64,000 nt of DNA from a virus: positions 1 to 64,000 of the IMG/VR virus record IMGVR_UViG_3300005435_000020; one strand, written 5' to 3'. A program made the position numbers and the translations under genes. Below the pieces are notes generated by a model that was not told the DNA's origin, did not search any database, and worked only from the letters and a program-made list of their open reading frames with translations. Below, piece by piece: positions 1 to 7,832 of this stretch (position 1 is the stretch's first letter; each line of letters opens with the position of its first letter).

Positions 1-1
1 C

Positions 2-172
2 TTCGGAAAGTACTACAAGCTCAATATCATCTCCACACAGACTATGGCTAACGATACAAGCAAACAGTTTAGACTCGGGACTAGTACTACTCTTGGAGCT
101 AAAGGCATGGATGCTGCCATAAAAGAAGCTGATAGGGTGTTGGTTAGACACGGCTATAAGAGGAGCCAGTGA
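2..172 (+). CDS. Partial small protein, early paralog family A (5' end outside window)
   Basis: Manual translation ...LGAKGMDAAIKEADRVLVRHGYKRSQ*; C-terminal motif matches family A. Confidence 0.7.
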   Translation, partial: FGKYYKLNIISTQTMANDTSKQFRLGTSTTLGAKGMDAAIKEADRVLVRHGYKRSQ

Positions 173-173
173 A

Positions 174-416
174 GTGTCGGCTTTTATTCCCTTTACTATA
201 GGCAATACAGACACTTGCGACTATTATCTGGCTAATATTCCAGAGGATAGACGTGTCTGTGTATACCGTATAGGACCAAGCACTTATCGTGTGGAGGTAT
301 TCAAGCTCTCGCCTTATGAAGTCCTACACTCTGAGGAATTCAAGGCAAGGGGAATGAAGAAAGCTCTACAAGAGACTCAGAGGATTCTGACTGATAACTG
401 TTATGTGGAGGGCTAG
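174..416 (+). CDS. Small hypothetical protein, family A
   Basis: C-terminus FKARGMKKALQETQRILTDNCYVEG; ends in GGAGGGCTAG junction motif. Confidence 0.75.
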   Translation: MSAFIPFTIGNTDTCDYYLANIPEDRRVCVYRIGPSTYRVEVFKLSPYEVLHSEEFKARGMKKALQETQRILTDNCYVEG

Positions 417-418
417 GA

Positions 419-544
419 ATGTCGGAACATACGAAAGACCAGGCTGCTAGTTATACCATCCTCGGTGCTGTACTCAGCGTCGTGTTCCTCATCCTCTACG
501 TGTGCTTGCAAGCTTTCCTCTGGCTGGCACACCTTTTCGTCTGA
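419..544 (+). CDS. 41-aa single-TM membrane peptide
   Basis: ATG 419 after GGAGG; MSEHTKDQAASYTILGAVLSVVFLILYVCLQAFLWLAHLFV*. Confidence 0.6.
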   Translation: MSEHTKDQAASYTILGAVLSVVFLILYVCLQAFLWLAHLFV

Positions 545-568
545 AACACATCCGTAACAATAACCCTC

Positions 569-597
569 TTGACAGGCTATGATACTCATGATAGTAT
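569..597 (+). promoter_or_regulatory. Early sigma70-type promoter (repeat family)
   Basis: TTGACA-17bp-TAGTAT with extended -10 TG. Confidence 0.85.
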
Positions 598-617
598 AAG
601 TATAGGTAAGTTATTCA

Positions 618-1508
618 ATGAGAGGAAACGAAATGCCTGCGGATAGTAAAGACCTTCTGGCGACTGTTGAGACTGGCATTAGCAAGCTGGCTCAGGAAAT
701 GTCTGGTGGCAAGTCTGGTAACTTCCTTCGATATCTGGAATTCGCCTCTCAGTTTCATAGCTATAGCCTACACAACCAATGGCTGATCTGGATGCAGAAG
801 CGTGATGCTACCCGAGTGTCTGGTTATCGGACCTGGCTAAAACTTGGTAGGCAAGTCAGGAAGGGTGAGAAGGCGCTTTCTATCCTGGCACCTAGGACCT
901 TCACGGCAAACAAAACCAAGACAAACGACGACGGCGAGGAAGTCACAAAGTCTCGGCTTGCACTCCGCTTTGTGGCGGTGCCAGTTTTCGATATCTCCCA
1001 AACTGACGGTGCAGACATTCCTACGTGGGTATCCGATGCGCCAGACGGCGAAGGTGACGCTGACCTCCTGGCTAAACTGACGAAGGCGGCGCAAGGATGG
1101 GGCTACACCGTCTCTTACAAGCAGAGCCTCGGTGATGGCGTCAACTCAGGCGAAACCATGGGCTATGCAACCTCAGAGAATGAGATAGCACTCCGAGAGG
1201 GTGTCAGTCAGCGACGTAGCTTCCTCACCCTCATTCACGAAGTAGCACACTTGTTGTGTGGCCACCTTGACCTCGGCAAGCGCCACACCTTCACCAAACA
1301 GGACAGAGAGCTTCAAGCCGAAGCAGTAGCTTACGTGGTAGCACATCACTTCGGTATCCACCACCAGGATGCAGCAGATTACCTGCTCTCATACCGTGTC
1401 AATCAGGAGCAGCTAACTTCCAACCTTACCGCAGTCAATAAGGTTGTCAAGCAAATCGTGACGGCTTTGGAAGGGTCTGCCGAAATGCAGACCCAGGTAG
1501 CAGCGTAG
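618..1508 (+). CDS. ardC: ArdC-like antirestriction/ssDNA-binding protein with zincin HEXXH domain
   Basis: YSLHNQWLI..Q..DATRVSGYRTWLKLGRQVRKGEKA (ArdC N-domain); HEVAH plus ELQAEAVAY. Confidence 0.8.
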   Translation: MRGNEMPADSKDLLATVETGISKLAQEMSGGKSGNFLRYLEFASQFHSYSLHNQWLIWMQKRDATRVSGYRTWLKLGRQVRKGEKALSILAPRTFTANKTKTNDDGEEVTKSRLALRFVAVPVFDISQTDGADIPTWVSDAPDGEGDADLLAKLTKAAQGWGYTVSYKQSLGDGVNSGETMGYATSENEIALREGVSQRRSFLTLIHEVAHLLCGHLDLGKRHTFTKQDRELQAEAVAYVVAHHFGIHHQDAADYLLSYRVNQEQLTSNLTAVNKVVKQIVTALEGSAEMQTQVAA

Positions 1509-1525
1509 GTAACGGGAGCTAATCA

Positions 1526-2017
1526 ATGAGCACTCGGAGTTTTATCGGCATCCACGGTGAGGATAATACCATCCAGGGTATCTATTGCCACAGTGACGGC
1601 TACCCTTCTTGGAATGGCAGACTCCTGCGTGACAACTACGAAACTGCAACCAAGATAGGCCAGCTTATGCGCCTCGGGGACCTCTCGGTACTCGCTGAGG
1701 AAATCGGGGAGAAACACGACTTTCATAGGTGGCTGCAAAGTCAAGAAGAGCAGGACAAGACGGCTAACTGGTGCCTGGCCTATGGCAGAGACAGGGGCGA
1801 GAAGAATACGAAGGCAAAGACCTACCAGACTGAGGCTGAATTCCTGCAAGGTGCAAGGGACTTCAGTGCTGAGTTTGCCTACCTTTATCGTGGCGGCGAG
1901 TGGATAGCTTGGGACCTCCACGACGGCATGTCCTACCAGTTGTGGAAGGGACCTAAGCCACTGGCTGAGGCTGTGGCACTCGATGAGGCAAAGCAGGCAG
2001 TAGACGAGGCTAGCTAA
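1526..2017 (+). CDS. Conserved phage hypothetical protein (YCHxDGYP motif)
   Basis: MSTRSFIG...IYCHSDGYPSWNG..L..NY pattern recurrent in phage proteins. Confidence 0.75.
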   Translation: MSTRSFIGIHGEDNTIQGIYCHSDGYPSWNGRLLRDNYETATKIGQLMRLGDLSVLAEEIGEKHDFHRWLQSQEEQDKTANWCLAYGRDRGEKNTKAKTYQTEAEFLQGARDFSAEFAYLYRGGEWIAWDLHDGMSYQLWKGPKPLAEAVALDEAKQAVDEAS

Positions 2018-2029
2018 ACGATTAGCCTA

Positions 2030-2058
2030 TTGACAAACTAGAATGGTCATGGTAGTAT
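2030..2058 (+). promoter_or_regulatory. Early promoter (repeat family)
   Basis: TTGACA-17bp-TAGTAT within CATGGTAGTATTA. Confidence 0.85.
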
Positions 2059-2095
2059 TACTCATCGGCACAGACGATAGAGAGAAAGGCCAGCA

Positions 2096-2314
2096 ATGCA
2101 AACCTTCGCTACGCTGCTTGAGGCCCTGGAATCTGAGGATGCACAGATCATCGTGACGGTTTCCGAGGGTCAGGCCATGGTCCATTTCCGCAAGGGCAGC
2201 ACTCCTGTCAAAGTGGCTATCGTCAACTATGATGACCTCGATGCTAAGAATGCCGACACGGTAGGTGTTCCTACTTTCATCGATGACAACTACGTAGCAG
2301 TAGGTGAGGGCTAA
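2096..2314 (+). CDS. Hypothetical protein
   Basis: First ORF after promoter, GAAAGG RBS. Confidence 0.7.
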   Translation: MQTFATLLEALESEDAQIIVTVSEGQAMVHFRKGSTPVKVAIVNYDDLDAKNADTVGVPTFIDDNYVAVGEG

Positions 2315-2618
2315 GCTAATGCAAGCCACGGCGCTGTTCCCTGTCGAAGAGGCTGATATCTACCAGGCCATGCGTCGGATGCTCACACAGTATGGTGACG
2401 TGAAGGTAATTCTCCCCGTGGTGCATTGGGAAAGCTTCTCTGAAGTCATGAGGGTCCATCACACGCCAGACGGCTTGTGGCACAGTACACGAGTAGCTTT
2501 GCGTGAAGCTTCGGATGCTCTGGGACTTGACATCAAGTACTCGATGACCAAGGAATGCCTACAGGACATCCTCGACGTGGCTACTGTTATCAGTGCCAAA
2601 ACAGCACAGGAGGGCTAA
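2304..2618 (+). CDS. Hypothetical protein
   Basis: Packed ORF ending in AGGAGGGCTAA junction. Confidence 0.7.
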   Translation: MRAKLMQATALFPVEEADIYQAMRRMLTQYGDVKVILPVVHWESFSEVMRVHHTPDGLWHSTRVALREASDALGLDIKYSMTKECLQDILDVATVISAKTAQEG

Positions 2619-2621
2619 TCG

Positions 2622-2903
2622 TTGAAGGCTACCAACTTCGTCAGGTTCCCTTGGCAGGTATCGCCGCTAGGCTCCCGCTGCGAGGCTCTCTATGACCTCG
2701 AAAACTTCACGCTAACGCTAAGGTTCCGCATGGCATCATACGTCAGTGGTGGCCCCAAAGAATATACTTTGACTGCTACCCCCGACAACCCGCGTGTAGG
2801 CATCTCCTTAGATCATCCTATCCTCGCAGCCTCACCAGACGAGGCCATGGGTGCAGCTAACGTCATCTTGTCGTCTCTCGGCTTTACTCCCAAGGAGGGC
2901 TAA
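2622..2903 (+). CDS. Small protein, family A
   Basis: RFPW N-terminus; LAASPDEAMGAANVILSSLGFTPKEG C-terminus. Confidence 0.8.
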   Translation: MKATNFVRFPWQVSPLGSRCEALYDLENFTLTLRFRMASYVSGGPKEYTLTATPDNPRVGISLDHPILAASPDEAMGAANVILSSLGFTPKEG

Positions 2904-2906
2904 TCA

Positions 2907-3173
2907 GTGTTCACCTGGGAATCCTGGGACATCTCCTATCACGAAACTTGGGTCACTGACGGTAAGGCAAGCCGACACGTCACCCTGGAAACTCTGGGGC
3001 CATGGGTCAAGTATGGTGAGGAAAGAAAGCAGCTTCTTACCATCTTGACGCCTTCCGGCAGTGGACCAGATATCCAATGGTGTTTCAATGCCACCGATGA
3101 AGGTGAGGCAAAACACAAGGCTAATGAGAGGCTAACCCTCGAAGGTTTCACACCCTACAAGAAGGAGGGCTAA
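2907..3173 (+). CDS. Small protein, family A
   Basis: FTW N-terminus; NATDEGEAKHKANERLTLEGFTPYKKEG. Confidence 0.8.
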   Translation: MFTWESWDISYHETWVTDGKASRHVTLETLGPWVKYGEERKQLLTILTPSGSGPDIQWCFNATDEGEAKHKANERLTLEGFTPYKKEG

Positions 3174-3176
3174 TCG

Positions 3177-3437
3177 TTGGAAACCAAGAATATCATCAGG
3201 TTTCCTTGGGACCATAATCGTGGCACCCTTGTAGATACCTGCGAAGTGGTACTCGATGGTGTCCTGTTCCAAGCTAGCCTTCAGTATTATTGGGACAATG
3301 AGTACAACCTCATGGAGACGTCGATAAGCACTGATGCGTTGTTTGTGCAGACCATACCTGCTAAGTCCCAGACAGAGGCGCTAGGGGCTGCCAACGTCAT
3401 TCTCACATATCTTGGTTTTACTCCTAGGGAGGGCTAG
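3177..3437 (+). CDS. Small protein, family A
   Basis: RFPW N-terminus; PAKSQTEALGAANVILTYLGFTPREG. Confidence 0.8.
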   Translation: METKNIIRFPWDHNRGTLVDTCEVVLDGVLFQASLQYYWDNEYNLMETSISTDALFVQTIPAKSQTEALGAANVILTYLGFTPREG

Positions 3438-3439
3438 AT

Positions 3440-3730
3440 GTGAAGGCACTCAAGTATTCTCGATTCGCTTGGTATGAAGGCGAATCCACATCGAAGCCTG
3501 GCACCTCCAGACCATTCTGCAAAATGGTCAGGGTGACGGAGACAGGGGCTACAGAGACGTTTAGGGCTAACCTTTATCCTACGCGGGAAGGATTGTATAA
3601 ACTTCTCGTGTTCCCTGATACGTCAAGCCGACACTCCCTACTCCAGAAAATCGAGGCTGACACTGAGGATGAGGCCATAGGCTCCGCGAATGTTATTCTG
3701 AGTGTCAAGGAATTTCTACCATCCTCTTGA
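3440..3730 (+). CDS. Small protein, family A
   Basis: RFAW N-terminus; EADTEDEAIGSANVILSVKEFLP. Confidence 0.8.
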   Translation: MKALKYSRFAWYEGESTSKPGTSRPFCKMVRVTETGATETFRANLYPTREGLYKLLVFPDTSSRHSLLQKIEADTEDEAIGSANVILSVKEFLPSS

Positions 3731-3755
3731 CAGACTAAAAATCCCATGGTAGTAT
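3727..3755 (+). promoter_or_regulatory. Early promoter (repeat family)
   Basis: TTGACA-17bp-TAGTAT; -35 box contains the upstream TGA stop. Confidence 0.85.
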
Positions 3756-3788
3756 TATTGAAGTGGCGTGAGTGAGTAGGAGAGAAGC

Positions 3789-4058
3789 ATGAGCACAGTC
3801 AAGGAGAGCCTGGAGCTCCACACTTTTATGTGGGCTGACCTCCGTTTCTCTAGTGAGACGAAGGCGCAGCTTTATGGTATGGCCTACGACGTGAATATTG
3901 GCCTTCGTTGGTCTGGAGAAGGCTATGTCGTGTCGGCTGTCAATACGGATGGTAAGTGCTCCGTCAACTTCTTCCAGAATCTTCCGGCGGCGTCACTCTC
4001 TGAGGCGAAGGGTGCCGCGAATGTAGTGCTCAGCATCAATCATCTCAGGCCAGCATAG
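3789..4058 (+). CDS. Small protein, family A
   Basis: TFMW N-terminus; PAASLSEAKGAANVVLSINHLRPA. Confidence 0.8.
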   Translation: MSTVKESLELHTFMWADLRFSSETKAQLYGMAYDVNIGLRWSGEGYVVSAVNTDGKCSVNFFQNLPAASLSEAKGAANVVLSINHLRPA

Positions 4059-4093
4059 GCTGTGCTGTTTCCGCATAAAGAAAGGTCTATAGA

Positions 4094-4312
4094 GTGAATT
4101 GGCAACCAAAGTCTGACGGTACCTACACCACCAAGCTCCGGCGTGGCAAGCAGTTTTTCGAGGCTAGCATCTCAGAAAACAAAGACACGGGAACCTATAA
4201 GCTTTCCGCTGAGCCTGGCGGCTTGAAGTGGGAAGTCAGGGCTGAGGCTGACACCGTGGCACTCCGCGAAGCAGACCTCATCCTCGACGGCTATGGGTTT
4301 CGAGATGCGTAA
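4094..4312 (+). CDS. Small protein, family A (divergent)
   Basis: RAEADTVALREADLILDGYGF C-terminus. Confidence 0.7.
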   Translation: MNWQPKSDGTYTTKLRRGKQFFEASISENKDTGTYKLSAEPGGLKWEVRAEADTVALREADLILDGYGFRDA

Positions 4313-4335
4313 GGTGTAGGTCTTAGGTAACACAC

Positions 4336-4364
4336 TTGACAGACTAATATAATACTGATAGGAT
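4336..4364 (+). promoter_or_regulatory. Early promoter (repeat family variant)
   Basis: TTGACA-17bp-TAGGAT with TG extension. Confidence 0.75.
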
Positions 4365-4395
4365 TATAGTGTCGAAGGAAAGCGAGGAAGATACA

Positions 4396-4524
4396 ATGGA
4401 AACTCGACAAGAGAAAAGGGAGAAACGACGCAAGGGGCTAAAAGATAAGATGCCTCGCCACGGTGCTTCTAGCCTACACACCATTCAGCAGGTAATTGTG
4501 AAGAGAAGTCAGAAGGATGCGTGA
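4396..4524 (+). CDS. 42-aa basic peptide
   Basis: GAGGA RBS; METRQEKREKRRKGLKDKMPRHG...; stop overlaps next start. Confidence 0.65.
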   Translation: METRQEKREKRRKGLKDKMPRHGASSLHTIQQVIVKRSQKDA

Positions 4525-4733
4525 TGGAATATGCGAGGTTCTTAGTCGCCACAAATAGCGGCGTAGTCTGGCATATTATCTATGATTACGGCGACAGAGG
4601 CGATGACGTCATCGCAGCTCTTTGCGGTGCCAAGCCAGAAAACGGCAAGGGCTGGTCACACTGGACCAAAGAGGTAGTAGGTAAGCGGAGGACATATACG
4701 TGTAAAGTCTGCTTGAAGAAAGAAGAGGAATGA
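4521..4733 (+). CDS. Small putative Zn-finger protein
   Basis: WH...LCG...TCKVC ligand pattern. Confidence 0.65.
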   Translation: MMEYARFLVATNSGVVWHIIYDYGDRGDDVIAALCGAKPENGKGWSHWTKEVVGKRRTYTCKVCLKKEEE

Positions 4734-4736
4734 TGA

Positions 4737-4970
4737 GTGTCGGATGACGTCAAGAGACTCCTAACGGAAGCTATCGGGAAAGATGGCACCCTTTATGATG
4801 TCTTGAAGAGAGCCCAAAAATGTTCCCACACAGACGAAGATACGTTTCGACAGGCTTTCCATATTGTCGATGGCTACCTCCTGGCGATGTACCACAACGA
4901 TTATGATGTCCACCACCCACAGATTGGTAAGCGACTCTCGAAGATGATCACGCATATTTTGGGTGTGTAG
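4737..4970 (+). CDS. Hypothetical protein
   Basis: GAGGA RBS, packed ORF. Confidence 0.65.
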   Translation: MSDDVKRLLTEAIGKDGTLYDVLKRAQKCSHTDEDTFRQAFHIVDGYLLAMYHNDYDVHHPQIGKRLSKMITHILGV

Positions 4971-4989
4971 GAAATTCCTAGCCACCCCA

Positions 4990-5018
4990 TTGACAGACCT
5001 ATAATCGCATGGTAGTAT
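4990..5018 (+). promoter_or_regulatory. Early promoter (repeat family)
   Basis: TTGACA-17bp-TAGTAT. Confidence 0.85.
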
Positions 5019-5050
5019 TATTTACAGGCGTTGTGAATAAGGAGGTTCCC

Positions 5051-5368
5051 GTGAAGGACAGGAAGCTCACTTGGAGAGAATTCTATATAGCCGACGAGGA
5101 CACACTACTCAGTGTTGATGCCCTCCTGAGAAGCTGGGGAGACAGTGGAGTAAAGTGGGTTGTCGAAGATACTTGGTTCATCACGAATGCTCCACTGACT
5201 AGTCTCCGTAGGAAGCTGAGGCAACTCTACGGAAAGTCCCTGCCTCGGGACTTCACGACCCCCCTATGTCAAGAAGAAACCACGGATTGTAAGAATTTCG
5301 TGACGGGAATGGGAAGTGACGGAAGCCTTTACTGTCAAGAACATTTGTCTTCACACCTGAAAGGATAA
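5051..5368 (+). CDS. Hypothetical protein with C-terminal C-C-C-H cluster
   Basis: AAGGAGG RBS before GTG 5051 (track start 5009 lies in the promoter). Confidence 0.7.
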   Translation: MKDRKLTWREFYIADEDTLLSVDALLRSWGDSGVKWVVEDTWFITNAPLTSLRRKLRQLYGKSLPRDFTTPLCQEETTDCKNFVTGMGSDGSLYCQEHLSSHLKG

Positions 5369-5373
5369 GCAAG

Positions 5374-5565
5374 TTGAATACCTTTGTTATTGGCGACTAT
5401 ATCAAGAGCAAGCTCTCCCCCCAGATGACGGGTCAGGTTATCCGTGTCGGCATCCTCGATGAGGGCAGGAAGAAAATCGTTGCCTACACTATCAGCATGC
5501 CTGCACCAAAGCGTGACACGATTATTCTCCAGGGAGATGCCATCGAAGTTTCCTCACCCTCTTGA
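5374..5565 (+). CDS. Small beta-barrel (KOW/SH3-like) protein
   Basis: F.IGD.I......TGQVIRV pattern. Confidence 0.6.
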   Translation: MNTFVIGDYIKSKLSPQMTGQVIRVGILDEGRKKIVAYTISMPAPKRDTIILQGDAIEVSSPS

Positions 5566-5590
5566 CAAGAGCCAATACTCATGGTAGTAT
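5562..5590 (+). promoter_or_regulatory. Early promoter (repeat family)
   Basis: TTGACA-17bp-TAGTAT; overlaps upstream stop. Confidence 0.85.
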
Positions 5591-5625
5591 TACTGTGTAG
5601 TAGTGATTAGGCAGAGGAGCTAAGA

Positions 5626-5916
5626 ATGTTCATCCCCCGAAACGTTGACCTGGACTTCATCAGCGACTATGTGGTACACAATCCTGAGACGTGGCGTCGT
5701 CTCCCCTCCTTCATGACGACGTGGATTGAGGACAAGGTTCACCAGGCTCACGATACTCCTCTGACCTTCACACACTGCGACTACGTGGCCCTCCAGAGGC
5801 TCATCAAGGCGCTGGATGAAGGCTGGTCCCTCAACTCTGCTGAAATCGTCAATACGCTTTGCAAGTACCTCATCGACGCTGGCGAAGGCGAGAGGGTGAG
5901 AAGGGTGATGTTCTAA
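5626..5916 (+). CDS. Hypothetical protein
   Basis: GAGGAG RBS. Confidence 0.7.
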   Translation: MFIPRNVDLDFISDYVVHNPETWRRLPSFMTTWIEDKVHQAHDTPLTFTHCDYVALQRLIKALDEGWSLNSAEIVNTLCKYLIDAGEGERVRRVMF

Positions 5917-6131
5917 TGGGTGTCTTCAGGATGATCAAGATGTACCGACGCGAGGAAGGCGGGAGGGTAGAAAAAGGGAAACTCTACGTCAGGTATGACA
6001 AAAACGAAGGCTACTCCTATCGTCTCCCCGATGAGACAATGTACACGGACCTCAGCGCCACTAGTGATTATGATGCGGAATACGCGGCAGAAACGATAGC
6101 TGCCGGTGAAGGATGGAAGGAAGAGAGATGA
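5916..6131 (+). CDS. Small protein, possible distant family A member
   Basis: TAATG coupling; LSATSDYDAEYAAETIAAGEGW C-terminus. Confidence 0.6.
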   Translation: MGVFRMIKMYRREEGGRVEKGKLYVRYDKNEGYSYRLPDETMYTDLSATSDYDAEYAAETIAAGEGWKEER

Positions 6132-6421
6132 GACAGACTATAGTCATCAATGATGGTCAATACAGGTGGGGAGCTAGCCGACAACAACTACTCGAAGCCC
6201 TCAATCAAGGGGGATGGTACCACGCTGGCAGCGGCATCTGGCGAGAGCCTGAGCAAGAACCGGATGCCGACCCCGTAGATGCTCCCTACACCATGCTCTG
6301 CGCTAGCTTGGATAGCGTCGCAGGCGAAGGCTCTTCGACACCGATGACTGACGATTTCATGGCAACGTCGAGTCGTTTCACCTACCGCCCAGACCTCGAT
6401 GGTTGGCTCCTGGAAGACTGA
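6128..6421 (+). CDS. Hypothetical protein
   Basis: ATGA overlap with upstream stop. Confidence 0.65.
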   Translation: MRQTIVINDGQYRWGASRQQLLEALNQGGWYHAGSGIWREPEQEPDADPVDAPYTMLCASLDSVAGEGSSTPMTDDFMATSSRFTYRPDLDGWLLED

Positions 6422-6505
6422 ATCGGAAATCGTAATTGTGCCAAATCCGCATTGTTTTGTTCCATAATGGCCTTGGTGTGGTGGACATATAATCAGGAGA
6501 GTATA

Positions 6506-6682
6506 ATGTCCTGGATGGCGAAGAAGACGGAGCACACGGGGACGAAGACCTCTGTGAGAGACGGCGCTTTTCGAGGCAACCGCTTCGAGGCTAAAACCAT
6601 CAGCAAGAAGCTTAGGCGTCGTGTAGGTCATCGCATCGTCAAGTTTTACTTGACAGGGGAGGGAAAGAAGGTTGCTGCTTGA
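6506..6682 (+). CDS. Small basic protein
   Basis: AGGAG RBS; KKTEH.G.K...G..G.RFEAK..SKKLRRR. Confidence 0.65.
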   Translation: MSWMAKKTEHTGTKTSVRDGAFRGNRFEAKTISKKLRRRVGHRIVKFYLTGEGKKVAA

Positions 6683-7284
6683 GGTTACAAAGAGAACAGA
6701 CCCTCGTCTCCTCGATACGATGGCTAAACACTACTCGCAACCAAAAGGCTTTGTCGGCAGGAACATCTGCTATGCCATCACCTATGATGACGTTTATTAT
6801 GGACACATCATCAGCGGCTCTGCCACAAGATTTCTGCCAGGAAGGAATGAGTTTTTCGGCACCACCATAAAAGACCTCAACCACATCATCAATAACATTT
6901 ACTTTCATATTGAGCCACAGAGTGGGAAGTATCCCACCAGAAACTTCTCCTCCCTCGTGATCAAAACCTGGAGAGAGAGCATCCAGGGACTGGCTAGAGA
7001 AGTATGAGGACTATATTATCGGCTTTGAAACCCTTGTGGAGTTGCCGAGGACAGGAGAGTGCTATCGTCGTGATGGCTGGGTTGAAGTAGGCACCACAAT
7101 CGGGTATACCTGCAAAAGAATAGGAGGTGTCGGTACCGATGATTGGACAGGTAAGAGAGTCTGGGATACTAAGAACCTCAGACCTAAGAGAGTATTAGCA
7201 AAGCATTGCCAACATACCCTACACATACCGGCAGCGGCACCTCAGAATCTTGAAATGGCTTATGGAGCTACATATGGAAGTTAG
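6672..7284 (+). pseudogene. DUF4338/Mom-like (GNAT-superfamily) protein split by a frameshift at a GA repeat
   Basis: First half HYS..GFVGR..Y...RNFSS; second frame DWLEKY...FETLVE..R.GECYRRDGW..VGTT.G; junction 6961-7004. Confidence 0.7.
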
Positions 7285-7426
7285 TAAGACGAGGGCTCTT
7301 TGGCTAGCGATAATCACTGCCCAGCTTGTCGGCTTGGCGTTTGTCTGGATGCCAGCTATCGCCCCTGGAGTGCTTGTAGGAGTGCTCATTGTCCTGTTTG
7401 TGATGTTGGTTGTGGTGACGAAGTGA
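7274..7426 (+). CDS. 50-aa two-TM membrane protein
   Basis: Manual: MEVSKTRALWLAIITAQLVGLAFVWMPAIAPGVLVGVLIVLFVMLVVVTK*; GGAG RBS. Confidence 0.65.
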   Translation: MEVSKTRALWLAIITAQLVGLAFVWMPAIAPGVLVGVLIVLFVMLVVVTK

Positions 7427-7725
7427 TGAATAAGCCAACAGACTACTTCGTGGAGTATGCACACCAGGGACTCTATCAATCAGAATTGAAACGTGTTGGT
7501 GGCGTGGAGGATAGCGTAGACCCTAGCCGATTCATGACCTACTGCAACGCCACATCACTCAGGGATGCAAGGAGGATTGCCAACACACGACAAATCAAGA
7601 AGGCTGCTGGCGGCACTACACGTTTCATCTATCATCGCAGCAATATCGAGGAGATTCCTCCTAGTGGGCAATTCGGGACGACAACCTACGAATATGACGT
7701 GGAGTTTGTGGAAGACGTAGATTAG
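7426..7725 (+). CDS. Hypothetical protein
   Basis: TGATG coupling at 7426 (MNKPTDYF...). Confidence 0.65.
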   Translation: MNKPTDYFVEYAHQGLYQSELKRVGGVEDSVDPSRFMTYCNATSLRDARRIANTRQIKKAAGGTTRFIYHRSNIEEIPPSGQFGTTTYEYDVEFVEDVD

Positions 7726-7730
7726 TAATG

Positions 7731-7803
7731 GCCCCTGTAACTCATCGGTTAGAGTAAGGTCCTTATAAGACCTAAGTAGGTGGTTCAATTCCACCCAGGG
7801 GCA
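7731..7803 (+). tRNA. tRNA-Ile, anticodon UAU
   Basis: Full cloverleaf: GCCCCTG/CAGGGGC acceptor, ACTC/GAGT D-stem, AGGTC-CTTATAA-GACCT anticodon arm, GGTGG-TTCAATT-CCACC T-arm, A discriminator; followed by CCG rather than CCA. Confidence 0.92.
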
Positions 7804-7832
7804 CCGTAGTTTGTACCGTAGAAAGGAATGAC

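Noticed and set aside
6650-6680. TTGACA as another early promoter
   Set aside because: No -10 element at 17-18 bp
6672-7284. Druantia defence system
   Set aside because: Only a small DUF4338-like gene; no DruE helicase or other dru genes
7300-7425. Cys-rich N-terminus of the 7300..7725 ORF resembling a zinc finger
   Set aside because: Alternative frame of a 50-aa TM gene (7274-7426) that has an RBS and couples to ATG 7426
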